Shown here: positions 23,401-37,000 of the stretch, in pieces
Layout: every line of letters begins with the position of its first letter
Numbering within the stretch: the first letter of the stretch is position 1
Origin: Chromera velia
Taxonomy: Eukaryota
Length of the DNA: 47,744 nt
Assembly (NCBI GenBank): GCA_018398765.1
Contig: JAHBMJ010000433.1
Location: forward strand, 1-47,744
Reading direction: 5' to 3'
Notes under the pieces: model-generated
Database searches by the model: none
What the model saw: only the letters and a program-made list of their open reading frames with translations
Told to the model about the DNA's origin: nothing
Position numbers and translations under genes: made by a program

Positions 23401-23802
23401 CCCTTTGGTCCTGCCGCGCGCGCGCTTCCTGGCCCAACCCGGCCCCTAGGTTGGCGCCTTTACGGCCGGGCCCTAGTACGTACAGGCCCCGATTACCCGA
23501 TTAACCTCCCTGAACCTAAGTGCCACTTGAAAAAATATAATCATGCAAGATGATCTCTATCTGCGGCATCGTTTTTCAAGAGACCGTTCATACTTACGGC
23601 GTACACGGTCAAGACACCATCCAGATATGCGGCCTTGGCTTTCAAAACACCGTAAATGATCCGCGCCTGTGCCGCCGGCACAGACTTTCAAGCTTATCCA
23701 AAAATGCGGCTTCAACTTTTAAGTGGTAGTTAGGTTCAGGGAGGTCACCCGATTACCCAGCCGCCGTTTAACCCCGATTAATTACCCACTGGCAGGCCAG
23801 GG
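23401..23802. mobile_element. Possible older outer element (imperfect TIRs, TA flanks) enclosing the MITE
   Basis: TA|ccctttggtcctgcc ... ggcaggccaggg|TA. The right end reverse-complements to ccctggcctgcc. The match is short and imperfect. Confidence 0.4.
23503..23746. mobile_element. MITE-like element, about 243 bp, with about 29-bp TIRs and an 8-9 bp direct repeat flank
   Basis: The left end acctccctgaacctaagtgccacttgaaaa matches the reverse complement of the right end, acctccctgaacctaactaccacttaaaa. Both sides are flanked by acccgatt(a) (23495-23503 and 23747-23755). No transposase ORF. Confidence 0.7.
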
Positions 23803-25321
23803 TAAAGAACGCAGTGACTGTCATCAATACTAGACTGAGACAGCTGCAGAGACAGCTAGAGAGACAGCTGGAAAAACAGTTGTCAATGAACTTGTCATTT
23901 AAGAAATTAACTTAGAAATTAACTTGTGGTTACTTACCAGACACCTAGCTCTCACTCCTCATATTTGTCTTAAGCCGCGGGCGGTGCAGGCAGTATCACG
24001 CCGCAGTGAAAGCCTAGCCAGGCTTGTCCAAGTGGTCGTGTACGCGCATAACCTCGAAAACAGGTTTAAAACCTACTTTAAAACAGGTTCACCAGGTTTA
24101 AAACAGGTTCATTTTTTAAAATTTGAACCTTTTCTGAATGAACCTTTTCCTAGCACTATAATAATAATCATAATTTTAAATAATTTAAATATTAAACTAT
24201 CAATCAATCAATTGGACATACATTTGGACACCACTTTGATTTTTACCGTAAATTTCACGTATTGAGGAGTCTTTCTCACAGTGGAAGCCAAGTTGACCTT
24301 GGCACTACAGTGGCATAAGCCTTCCACTGTTAGCACACTCAGTCAGCATTTTTCAATCACTTGGTAATAATAGTTGGTATTAATTTGTGCATTCAACATC
24401 GTTCACTCATTCATCTATGATTTATCTATCCAACCATTTACCACGCTGGATAACGCTGGACACAGCATGAACCAAGATTTCTGGGATCAGAAAAAACGTC
24501 CACTCGTGCAGACATCACAGAAGATCACTCACACCCTTACCCCTCCCCGAGCACCGGAAAAAACCACCTTCCGCCCCAAGTCTCTCTCTTAATTCCCCTC
24601 CTTCTCTCGACAACAGCCAACCCAATCAGTCAGTGAGCCGACCCACAGAAGAAGCATCCTCCAGTCTTTTGCTCTCTCGCCCACCCCATTGCATTGACCC
24701 AAAAGAGCGGAGCCCTGTCTGCTCTGCAGAATCCGCCTCATTGGTTAAACCGCCTTCCCTGACCCTCCCCGACGCCACTCACTCACTCACTCCCTCATTC
24801 CCCCACACCCAACAAGTCCCCAAACCGAACCCCGTCTGAGCGTTCGCCAAAGCTGCACAGAACAACCAGAAAGCCAAACACCCTCCTGCACGAAGCGCCG
24901 CTTCGCTTCATGCCCCCCCCTCCCCCCCCCTCTTTTGAATTAGGTTTTTACCGTCCCGGACACAACATCCAAAACGAAGAGTCGAATAAAATAGAGAGAG
25001 AAAGAGAGAGAAACAGAGGAACAGAGAGCAGCCCTGTCTGAGTCCTCGATCCTCTCTGCCCTCACTCAAGCAAGATTCGTCCAGCAGTTCCTCCGGATCT
25101 GTCTGACCCTATCCATCCATTTACCCCCCTTCCGCTCTCTCTGCTTGCATGGACCTGATTAGGCCGACATGACAGCAGAGACGGTCGGTCGGTCGGTCAG
25201 AAAGGAATTCCCAGGCAGCAGAAGGGCACACCGGCCACTACATACGATTTCAGACAGAGACAGAGAGATAGTCTCTGCCTGCCTGTATACCTCGATGTCA
25301 CACCGGAGAAAAAAGAGCAAA

Positions 25322-25352
<31 letters not shown>

Positions 25353-25403
25353 AGAAAGAAAGAAAGAAAGAAAAAAGAAAGAAAGAACGAAAGAAAGAAA
25401 GAA

Positions 25404-25438
<35 letters not shown>

Positions 25439-25827
25439 GAAGGAAGGAAGGAAGGAAAGAGAGCCAACGGATCAGCCCACCTCACTCTTCCTCCCGAGTT
25501 TGTCTCCACCAATACCATCCACCTAAAAAAGGGACTCAAGACACAATGGACGAAGGGAGACAGAGGAGCGGGAAGGAAGGAAGGAAACAGCAACAACAGA
25601 GACAGAAAGGGAGACAGGGCGAAACCGAGAGAGAAAGAAGGATCAGTCGACCAGTCAGTCTCCCTCTCTGTCTGCCTGCCCATCCTCCCCATGCATCTTT
25701 TGACAACACTCCCCCCCCTCCTTCACCCCCCACCCCCCGCCCATCAATCAAGAAGATCCCTCCCTCCTTCCATCTGGTGATTGTTGACCTCACACAGACA
25801 GCCAGCCTTGGAGGGAGATCGTCCTCC

Positions 25828-25904
25828 TCAGAACAGGCTGTTGCCTGCAGTGACACACAATCAATGCACTCGCTCACACACACTCACTCACACACACACA
25901 CACT

Positions 25905-25935
<31 letters not shown>

Positions 25936-27045
25936 GAGAGAGAGTCATCAACGCCGTCGTGATCAGTGAAGAAGAAAAGTGACTGCTCCTTGACCGGCAG
26001 CCAATCGCGAAAGTTTCCATCAATTTTGATGGGCTGAAAAGCCACAAGTCTTCCCCGACTAACTGGACAAGAAGCAAAAAATTCACTCACTCACCCTGCT
26101 CCTTCTCCTTGTACACGATCTCGAAGTACTGGTAGATGATCGTCACTGCCAAGAGAATTCCTGTCCCGCTTCCGATGGCTCCAAGGAAGTCCGCAACAAT
26201 CGTCAAAGCGCCGATGCACATTCCGCCAAAAGCAGCGGCGGTGGGGATGTACCGGTTAAGCACCTGCAGACACGAGTTTTTGGTCTTCCGTCTCTTTTCT
26301 TCCAGTAACAAGTGGGCGAATGAATGCCTGTATCTCTGGACACAACCCGTCGACCTCGACTTTGTTTAATACTTTCGTGTGCCCACTGTTCTTTCGAATG
26401 GAACTTTCTCTGTCTGCAGTCGCCAGTCAACTTCGCCGTCTCTCCTTGCCGGCCACGCGTGTGTATACAGCAAGTGTGCGAGCGGACGCGTCACTCTACA
26501 CACACAAGTGCGAACAGTCAGCCGAGTTTTCCTTCCCCTTGAAACAACTCCAGGTAAGGCAGCCAGCTGTTCCTTCAACAGTCCGTGACGTCGCAGTGCG
26601 TCCCTTTGTTTCCTTTTCTTTCGTTTTTCTTCCTGAATCACCCCTTGTCCCCTTGTCCACTGACAGATTGACAGACAGAGGCACGCTTGAGAGGTCTCCA
26701 TCTTCGCAGTCTGACCGCACAAACAAACCTGCCAACCGAACCTGACCGACCTGCACGATGGATGTGTCTCTGTATCCCTTCATGACCATCTGCTGGTCTC
26801 TCAACTGCTTGGCGACGTCACGGGCAGAGGAACCAGACACTTCAATCCAGGTCTGCATTATCAATCAAAACAGAGATCAGTATCAATATTAATATATATA
26901 ACACTCTCCTCTCTCTTTGAGTTGAGGAGAGTACGCATGCATGTAGTATCACTTGATATGAAAACATCTTTCTAGAACGGTTCACGAAAAAAAGCACAGA
27001 AAAGAAAAAACACCCCCTGTGCAAAAGAAGGCAGCAAAACCAAAG

Positions 27046-27082
<37 letters not shown>

Positions 27083-30000
27083 GCCTTTGCGAGACTCCCT
27101 GTTCTTTTCACCTTCGATGAACAAAACGAAGAAAGGAAGCGCAACAGACATGATGCTTACAGCCGCTGTCGCTTTCTCGCTCAAATACAGAAGGAAGGAA
27201 GGAACAAACGATCAAAATGACCGCCGATGCAGAACAAGAAAAGAAGAAACGAATTACGACACTCTGACTGTACCCCACCTCCAGTGAGACAACGCAGCTA
27301 CCACAGAACCCCCTCTCAACCTGATTAAATTACTGACTGACTGGCTGACCTTAGAGAAGACGGCACAGGAGATCAGCACGAAGAGAATGTACACGAACGC
27401 ATGAACTGGATCCTCCACTGCATCCAGGCACGCAGGCACGCATATGTCTTTTCGTGAGGTGGTCTGTGCATTTATTCACGCACTTATGTATCTGTGTAGA
27501 AACGGATAGAAAAGAAAGCGAACCCAAACCCCATTCCCTCACTCACTCACTCACTCACTCAATCTCACTCACTCACTCACTCACTCACTCATGCACGCAC
27601 GCACGCACGCACTCACTTAGCACGCCCTCACTCACGCACGCACGCACTCACTCACCGAGATCGGACAGAGAGTGGGGCGGGGAGATGTAATACGCGAGTC
27701 CTCCGACCGGAATGCTCTGCCCCCCCATGTCGATGTCCTGCCACTGTCCGAGGAGGTTGACCTGCAGAAATGTACCCATTCTCAAGAAAGTGTTCTCAGT
27801 CGAGTTTCTTCTTCTCATTTCAGAATGGGTGTTTTGGGGCTTTCGTATGAAGAAGTATCAATTAAGGTGTGCACATCCTGTGGCAGAACCAGGGCCCGCC
27901 CGCTTCAAAGACACCAAAGAGACGTGCTGATACACAAATATACGGGTCTTTCTTCCCTCCTTTCTTCCAACCAAGAGAAGAGAAAAGGCAAACTCAACAG
28001 AGAGAGTCAGGAGAAGGGGGAGAGAGAGTGAAGGCAGAAAGGGAGGAAGGAAGGAAGCAGGGACAGAGAATTGGTAACGGAAAAAGAGAAAGAAAGAAAG
28101 AAGTGAACACACGCACCGGGCCGTCGTCTCACCCGGTCATGACTGAACGAACGTACAGCCGACCACTGCTTTATGATTTTACAACCTGGCTGGTTCGCCG
28201 ACTGACTGACCAAGATGTTGGCCTTGAATCGTCGGTAGAGAAGTTGTGAGAAGAAGTACAGGTTTGACACGAGGGCGGTCTGCAAAAAGAGAGAGAGAGG
28301 GAGAGAGAGAAGCGAGGAAAACCGGGGGAAGAGGAAGAATTGTTCGAAGAGATCGCTTCGTCGTCTCGTCTCCTTTTTTCATTCCTCAACACTCTTATCA
28401 TTAATACTCTTATCATTTTCTTCCCATTCTCGTGTCACATGCAGGAAACTAGGGAGAGAGAAGGGAAAGTTGCCTCACTCCTCTGCGAAACGAAATTTCA
28501 ACTCAGACCAACCAACCAGTCCACCCACCCACCCACCCACCTACCTACCTGCAGGATAATGGGGATGTTGCTGGTGTAGAAGAGTTTGATGGGGTAGGAG
28601 CCCTGCTGTCCCCTGATCTTCTGGTACTTCACGGGAAGGTCGACGCGGAAACCCTGCAGGCAGGCACGGAGAAAGACAATCTCACATTCACGCATGGTAT
28701 GAAAAAACACTAGCGGGGCTATCAGCCAGACAGCCAGTTTGTCTAGGCAGAGAGGACAGGGGAACGGACGCACACGAAAGGACGGATGGAGAGAGCGGAC
28801 AAAAGAAAGAAGGGCCTCAGTCGTCCCCCATGGACGAAGAGTCTTTTGTGTCTTGTTTGGCCTGGCTGTACCCGCCATGGACAGGCAGGCGCGTGATTCG
28901 CTTCATTTTCATTATTTCCAGACACATGGAGAGGGCGCCTGTAGAACAGGATTTGATTCTGCTTCCCTCTCTGCCTCTCTTCGTTGCGTCACAACAACAA
29001 CTGGACACACACTGTAGTACAAAAACAGAAACAGAAACAGGAAGGTTGATCACCAGAAAAACCGACCTGGAAGTAGATGACGATGAGGAAGACAACCACA
29101 GTTGCCAGCAGATTCGTCACATTGGCGGCGTTCGACCTGTGTGTGAGGGGACATATGGGAGGCAGATCGGGCTTCTTGGTCCGCACGGCGAGATGATGTG
29201 ACTTTCCTTCTTTCTCTCCCCTCTTTCTTTCCTCTTTTTCGAGCGACGCCCGAAAACGCGAACAGGCAGGGAAGAAGACGGCAGCGGTCAGACTCTCTCT
29301 ATCGGTTACCATTCATTTCTCTATGACAGATCGGCTGACAGGCGTCCGTCCTTTCTTCGCTCCTTCGTTCATTCATTCATTCCCGACCAACTGACAGACC
29401 GAAAGAAGGCTTCGCGCAACGCCTGAGTCTTGTCGCTTCGTGAGATGAGAAGGTGCACAAGAGCAATGACTGCCCCCTCGAACTCGGTGCCCTTTCCTGC
29501 AACAGTGTCCACAGAAAGGAAAAAGAAACGAATCGGAAGAAAACTTAGATTCAATCAAAAAAAGCACCGCTCAAGTTTGTGAAACAACACGGAAAGCACC
29601 TTCGCCAAGTTTCTTCGTTTCAAAGCCGAAGGACAGGAATTTACGCTCATTAGAACAGAAACGGTCAGAGAGAGAGGCCCTTTCAGTCTCTCTGCCTGTG
29701 TGACAGACCGACCGGTGTTGATGGTGGTGGGAGAGAAGGCCTTCCAGACAATCGACTCGCAGATGTTCGTGGCAATGAACAAGGAGATACCTGCACGCAT
29801 GCATGCATCAGTTAGTTTGGTTCCAACAGGTGGGGGAGGAAGGAGATGCATGAAAGCATTGAACCCTTTGACTTCCTCAACAGAGACATGTCTGTAAAAA
29901 CATAAGAGGTTTTGACAGCGGGAACCGCGCAAAGAGAATGGAAGAAGAGCGCATTTGGCAGCGAAGAGATGTTTCAGAACCCCCAGACAAGAAGACCCGT

Positions 30001-31441
30001 CTGACTCGATTCGAACGAAAATCGGGAGATACAGAGAACAAAGTGCACCAAACAGAGAAAAGAAAGAAAACCTGCAGAAACTGAATCTACACCAACCCCC
30101 CACCCACCGACCTGAACCGAGACCGTATCCCTTCTGAAGAAGCTCATCGAGGATGATCACAATCACACCAGCGAAGAACAGCTGCACACCAAACAAAAAG
30201 ACCCATCATCGCACAAAAACGTCAGCACTCAGCGTTACAGCGCCCTCAGAGACTTCGACGAAATTATATTTAAAAGCAACGAGGCACGAACGACCGAAGA
30301 AAGTTGCAAGGTAGAGGAAGGAGGGAATGCCTGAAGAGAACACAAATGCACCCGTCTAGACAGGTGCATACATACATACATAGACGGGGGAGAGAGAGAA
30401 GCGCGTTGAGTCAGCAACAGACAAACCGGAAACCAAACAAAAGAGCAAAAGCGCAAGTGGACAAACAAAGAGACAAAAAAACAAACCTGCAGAATGATCA
30501 GAATAGCGTTACCGACTCCCAATTCGCTCACGTCTCCGTACATGCCTGAGGGCCACACAAACAAACACACAGAGGGAGGAAGCAAGCAGAAAGGGTTCGT
30601 TTGGATCTTCGTGCTGTTGTCGGGATTTGGAGTAGTGAGGGAGAAAAGCTTATTGCGAGGAGGACCCACATGCACTAGGAAGTTGAATCTCCGAAGCACC
30701 CAGAGAAGGGAAACCAAATCATGACTACCCACAGACCCACCAGAGATGACATAGGCAACCGCCTCTCCGATGGTGATCAGCATTCCGAAAACTGCACACA
30801 CACACACACACACACACACGGGGAGAGAAGTCAAGAGGGGTGCGGTCAGGAAAGGGACACGTAAACGAAGAGAACTCCTGAGTGTTGGCGGCCGGATCAA
30901 ATGAGAACAAAACGAGGGTTGCAACTGCGTGATTGCCGTGTCTGTGAGAGACAGGAAGGGGCAGAGAGAACAAATCACCACAAGACACACGTCCGGGTAT
31001 GAACACATTGTTGCTTCATCTTCACACACGCATCCATACACCACACACATTTGACGAACGTTTCTGTGCCCCATTGAAGAGCGCTCTATCTTCTTTCAGA
31101 GACTGATCGACGTCGATAATTTTGGACCCCGCCAGCAGCTGCATGACCATCCCACTCGTAACGATGGGGGAGATACCGAGCTCCATCAGTGTACCTCTGC
31201 AGTCACTCAGTCAGTGGAAAGGAGCAACTGTTTTTCTTCCTGAGTGTGTGTGCATTGATTCTCTGGGCTGCTCTACCTTGACGCATCAAAACCTCTTTCA
31301 TAGCGATACCTTTTCCGACAAGCGGATGTCTGCAAGGGAGCGGAGGGTCAGAAGAAAACAGAAACAGAAACGTATTTGTCAGTTAGACAAGACAGTCTCA
31401 CTCCCCTCCCCCACCTCGACTCGACACCAAGAGGACACACA

Positions 31442-31473
<32 letters not shown>

Positions 31474-31620
31474 ACGAAAGAGAGAGAGAAAGAGAGAGAG
31501 AGAGACAGAGAGAGACAGAGAGAGAGAGACAGAGAGATGCACACACACACACACAGAAAGAAAGAGAGAGAGAGAGACAGAGAGAGAGATGCACACACAT
31601 ATACACACACACACACACAG

Positions 31621-31657
<37 letters not shown>

Positions 31658-33324
31658 TGCACACACACGCACACGCACGCACGCACACACACACGCACGC
31701 ACGCATGCCCCCCCACCTGTTGGAGGCGAGGATCACGCGCATCCAATAGAAGGGGTCCGCGCTCTTGGAGGTCATGATGCCGTAAATCGGAATTTGGCAG
31801 CAGACCAAAAAGACAAAAAGAGAGATGGAAGTCCACAGAATCTTCTCCTTGAAGGGAATCTACAAGGAGAGAGGAGAGAAAGAAAAAACAGAAACAGAAC
31901 AGAAAAAGGAGATCGAAGACGAAAAAAAAAAACAGGGACAGAAAGGAGGAAGGAGATAGAAGACCCGGGACAAAAACCCCGTGAATTGACTTCAGTTCCT
32001 CCCTTCACACCCTCCTCCGTTCGAGTATACAACTGAATGAAATAATCAACTCATCAATGTGAAGCGAGACCACGGGCTCCTCTCTCTAGCAGATGATTTG
32101 ACATCCGCGAGCCGCTTGTCGTCCACGCGAACAGTCACGGCCTGCTGCTTAAGCACTCATCTTTCTTTCTGCTGTCTCTCGAAGAGAAAGATACTGCCTG
32201 CCTGGTAAGTACTCTGCTTCTTGATTTCCCTCAAGCAAAAGACGACTGATCACTCCGGTGTCCTCAAGTGAAACACTATCTGTCCAGTGCGCAACCCTCC
32301 GACAGACTGATTGACTGTCAAGAGTGTCTCATTGCTCGACGTGCTGACTGCCTGGCTGCCTGCCTTACTGACCCTTCGGTCCGGTGCGCTCACTTCCGGC
32401 AGCACACACATGACCGGCTTGATCAGATTCAAAAAACGGACTGCACGAACGAGAGAACAGAGGGACAGGCAGGAGCGGTGACAGGAGATCGACGTGAGAG
32501 AGTTCTTCAGCAAGAAGGATGCACAGGGCGCAGGTCACAAATACAGACAGGAGAGGAGGCTGAACAGTTGTCACGACTGGCACGCCAGTTCCTCCTCCAT
32601 TCTCTTCCGAGGTCTTCTTTTGTCTTCCACTTTTGCTCTCCGCTTCTCTCTCTTCGATCCCCAGCCCCACAGACATACCACAGAACCTTCCTGAAGACCA
32701 CATACGATGCTTCATACAAGGACATCAGCAGACGAACGCCCCCCTCCACCAACCCAACCCCCACCCCTCCACTTCAAGCTAGGCCCTCCCTTTCCTTTGA
32801 AAACCTCATCCGAACCGCTCCCCCCCCTCTCCCTCACACCGCCCGCTCCCACCACAGCCCGTCTCCCATTCCTCCGTCTCGAAGTGCCCTCCTCGTCACC
32901 ACTTCCAAGAGGAACCATGCACCCCCTTAACTCTCCCCTTTCTCGTCTAAATCAGGCAAACAAGCTCTCAGAGACCCTTTCCCGAAGCACCCTCCTTCTC
33001 CTCAGATCACATCCGGGTCTCCCTCACCACGCGTCCCAAGGTTCACCTTGACTTGCCTCTCCGACCGACCACTCCCCTCTTTGTCAGTCTAATACACTGC
33101 TCCTCCCAGCAACAAGCACATTGTACCACGAAACAGACACATCACGGCATCAGAGAGCAAAAGAAACCGACGCACTCACGCTCTATTCGGCCAACAACGG
33201 ATGACCAAGAGACAGACGTGAACAAAAGAACACAGATCACCGTTCCACACTCCCTGCACACAGGCGCACTTCAGACAAACCAAGCAAAGCGACCAAACAC
33301 ATGCAGCGACTTACACTTCCCCAT
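25828..33324 (-). CDS. SEC61A: Protein transport protein Sec61 subunit alpha, 17 exons, about 472 aa
   Basis: Exons 33324-33315, 32440-32373, 31859-31717, 31196-31060, 30791-30741, 30545-30487, 30181-30112, 29790-29713, 29496-29400, 29136-29067, 28653-28549, 28279-28211, 27761-27656, 27417-27350, 26852-26751, 26263-26095, 25844-25828. Translation includes [73 protein letters not shown] and [10 protein letters not shown], and ends EKEQGNSLF*. Confidence 0.96.
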
Positions 33325-34042
33325 CTTGGAATCAGAAGAGAAAGTCCAGGTGCTCCCACAAGAAGAAAAAGATGAGCTCGCGCCCCCTACCCGTCCACAA
33401 CTCGCACCCGCACCCTTGCTTCACTCGTCTCCAAAGCAGACTACCTTCTCTCTATCAGACAGATGGAAACAAACGGAGCCACAGACAGACGTGCTGTGCC
33501 CCGGAGTTACAGAAAAAGAATACATGAGATGCGCTGCAGTTTTCAACCGCAAAAGGAGAGAGGTCGACGAAGGGCATCGAAAGTGTGCACACGGGAGAGC
33601 CGCGCCCGTCTCGCACGATTTGGCCGCCTGCATTCGAAGGATGTTCGAAGGGCATGCAGGAGAAAACACGGTGAAACGTTTTGCGACCCTGCCCCGGAAA
33701 ACCACCGAGGGGGTCCATGAAAGCGAATTTGATTGTCGGCCCACGCGCTGCTTTCCGGGACCCGCGGCCCGCGGAGGCCGCGGCCGCGCCCCATCCCGGC
33801 CGCCGACGTACATCCCGCTAGCTATGCACCGCGGTCTTGGTGTTGCACAGTAAGATGTTGGATGCAAGCCAGCAGAAGTGCCATGAAGTGCCCAGAAAAC
33901 GAATCGTTCCATTCAATCATCGTGCTCACGTTCAAGTCTGATCGGCTCTACTTCGACTGCGTGATTCTTGAGGTTTTCCTGTGAGAAGACAAAAGGGAAA
34001 AAACAACACTACCGGCCGGGGAGGAATTCACTTCAAGCCAAG
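33325..34042. promoter_or_regulatory. Bidirectional promoter region between Sec61a and the MFS gene, with a GC-rich core at about 33755-33810
   Basis: About 720 bp between divergent ATGs. It contains the CCGCGG-rich stretch gacccgcggcccgcggaggccgcggccgcgcccc. Confidence 0.5.
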
Positions 34043-37000
34043 ATGGACAGGTTCACACAGACCTTGGTCATCATGGTCATGGTGACTGTGTTCATCGACA
34101 TGATGAGTGTCGGTGACTGAATTGGCGAGAGAGGCATCCCTGTGTTGTCTTTTCTTGGTTTCAAAAAGAGAGACAGATACATAGTTGCTTTTGTGTGCTT
34201 GTGTGCAGGTGTCCCTGGTCATCCCCATCCTCCCTTTCTTGATTGTCCAGTACGGAGCAGAGGACTTCTGGATCGGTAAGAAGCAAGAAGACGGGGAAAT
34301 TATGGTATCTTTGAATTCCGTCCATTCTTCACAGGCGCAATCGATCTCGTCTTTCCTTCCGTGCAGGCATTCTCTTTGCGTCCTACGCAGCAACACAGGT
34401 CAGGCAAAACAGGGTGCTGGCCTGGTGAGCAGGAAAAGAAGGACGGGTGAAACGTATGCAATTGCCCTTTCTCAACTTTTTGCCCTTATCTGTCAGCTCC
34501 AGATTGCGTGTCTTGTTATGTACATCCATCATGTGGGTAGACGGAGTCCAAAGAAGCATTTAGGATATATATTCTTGAGTGTCTGTCTGCAGATGATCAG
34601 TAATGTCCTGCTCTCACGTGCTGCTGACAAGTACGGCACAAAAACGGGACTTCTCCTCTCACTTGTGGGAAGCACGGTCGGTCAGAAAATAAGCGTGTTT
34701 GCTGCTTGTTCCTCAACTCATCCTCTCAGTCTACGTCCGAAAGTCGACAGGAACGGTGTCGGTTGCATCCATTCTCATGCGTGCAATCGCCCCATCACCT
34801 GCTTCTCTCTTTACACTCCCGAAGTCTGTCGCTCAGCCTCAATCTCGAAAAACTCATGTCCCTTTGTTCTCCGTCTGCGTGCAGGTGGGAAACGTTGTCA
34901 CAGGGTTCAGTTTCAACATTGCGACTCTGATCGCTTTTCGCGGTCAGCCTCTTCTCTCACCTCCCTCTCTCTCTCCCTCCCTCCCTCCCTCCCTCCCTCC
35001 TCTCTTCTCGTTCTCTCCGGTTTCCTCTTCCCATTCTCACTACACTTGAGTATGCATACTTTGTCTAAAGCACATCGAGAGTCTCTCTGCACACTGTCTG
35101 TCTGCTCTTTACTCTGCCTCTCTTTCTCTCTCTTTGTCGTTCCCTGTGTGAACGTGTGTGTGCTCGTACGTGTGTGGGTATGTGCACATGTCTGAGTTAT
35201 GCCGCATGTCTGTTTGCAGCCCTGACTGGCCTCTTCGCTGGTTCCGCACCCGTTGCTCAGGGTTTCATCGTTCGTGTGTGCGAGCCTCAAGAGCGACCAA
35301 AGTGGCTCGCTCTCTCAGGTGCTCTGACGTCCTCAGCCCTTTTGTTCGGCCCGGCAGTTGCGGGGGGACTGTCTACTTACTTTCTCGAGCTGCCGTTCTT
35401 CGTCGCAGGGGCAGTGGCAGGGGTGAATCTTTTGTTCGTGTTGTTCATGTTCAAGGAACCGCCGAAGAAAGAGCCAGTAGACCCGTCTGAAGCGCCGCAA
35501 AGTCCTGAGGTGGCGGGGTCGGCGCAAGGTGCAGAGGGCGGGGTAGCGCCGGAGGAGGGCGAAGAAGCAGGCGAAGGCGAAGGCGATGCAGTCAGCCGAG
35601 ACAGACAGCCGGTCGAGCCGAAATTCGACGGCCTCCCTCCAGCAGCAGACTTAATTTCAATGGAATCTATGAATGTGCCAATATATTAATACATGGGATC
35701 CTTTTTTCAACACAATCGGCATGTAATCACGTATCGAAAACACGGAGAAGAGGCGGTAAAAACAGGAAGAGAAGATGGTTGTTCGGCAGTCGGATCTGTT
35801 GAAAGAGAGCATGGGGATGCGGCGAAGTTGTTGGCTCTCTTCTGTGAATACCTTTTCGCTGCATGCATGCGTTATTGGTGTATGAGCATTCCCCTTTGCT
35901 GACACACACTTTCCTTGGTGGTGTCTGCCTGTCCTCGCTTTCCCTGTTCCTTCTTCCGCCTCCTCTTCTTGCTCAGTTCAGCTCTGTCTTTGTCGTACTC
36001 TGCTCGCTTGTCCGTCGTTGGTCGTTGTCTCCTCCTTGCTTCAGGGGGCAGTTCGCTTAATTCTTTTTTTTTCTTTTCGGTTCAGACAAAAGAGCTCCTC
36101 CCGACTCAACCCCCATTAAGCCCAAACGTGTTCGTCGAATCCCTCTTTTCTTTTCATGTCTTCCTGTTGAATAGAGCTCATTTTTCACGTCTCCTCAGTA
36201 TGTTTGGTCCACGAAATTCTCTACCTACCTGGGGTGCAGAAAAGCACACGGAAGCAAAAGCAATACCGAAAAGACACATCGATGCACGAAAGCAATCGTA
36301 CACTCACGCATACACATGCAGAAGCATGCCGACATACCCTGGTGCATGCATGCGCGCATGCAGTCCAAGGCGTCCCCTGCCGAAGGCGTACATGAAGGCG
36401 CAGAGGTGAAGAGGAAGACCGTGGAAGAAGTGGACCTCTCTCTTGGCTTCGGCCTCCAGGGCAAAGACTCGGTCAGCCAGTCAGTCAGTCAGACAGTCAG
36501 ACAAGCAGACTGATAGGAGTGTGTCATTTTGTTTCGTCCAAAACCCGCATACAAAACACACATAATTATGCGCAAAGAAGTGCAAGCAGGAGTGCTGTCC
36601 TTCTCGCACCGTAAAATCATGAACAGCTGGGCAGCCAGTCAGTAAGTCAGGGGGCAAGAATCTGCTGCACAAAACTCTCCTGTCGCTGTACAACAACGAG
36701 ACTACATTCAGAAGGCCAAAAACCTTCCGAGCCAGTACAGATGTTTGTACATACACAAACAAACAAGCGCCGTACATGCCAGTACAGATGTTTGTACATA
36801 CACAAACAAACAAACGCCATACATGCCAGTACAGATGTTTGTACATACACAAACAAACAAACGCCATACATGCCAGTACAGATGTTTGGACATGCATACA
36901 CAAACAAACGCCATACATGCCAGTACAGATGTTTGTTCATACATACACAAACAAACAAGCGCCGTACATGCCAGTACAGATGTTTGTACATACACAAACA

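Noticed and set aside
23924..24265. 113-aa ORF in the AT-rich TE-like region as a transposase
   Set aside because: No DDE or DNA-binding motif is recognisable, and the composition is low-complexity.
25963..25990. Alternative Sec61a last exon (…SLFFF…)
   Set aside because: The SLFFF frame is incompatible with the phase-1 donor at 26094. Exon 25844-25828 fits the phase and gives GNSLF*.
33053..33912. 266-aa (+) and 163-aa (-) ORFs
   Set aside because: They overlap Sec61a exon 1/5' UTR and the GC-rich divergent promoter, have non-ATG or weak starts, and show no recognisable protein features.
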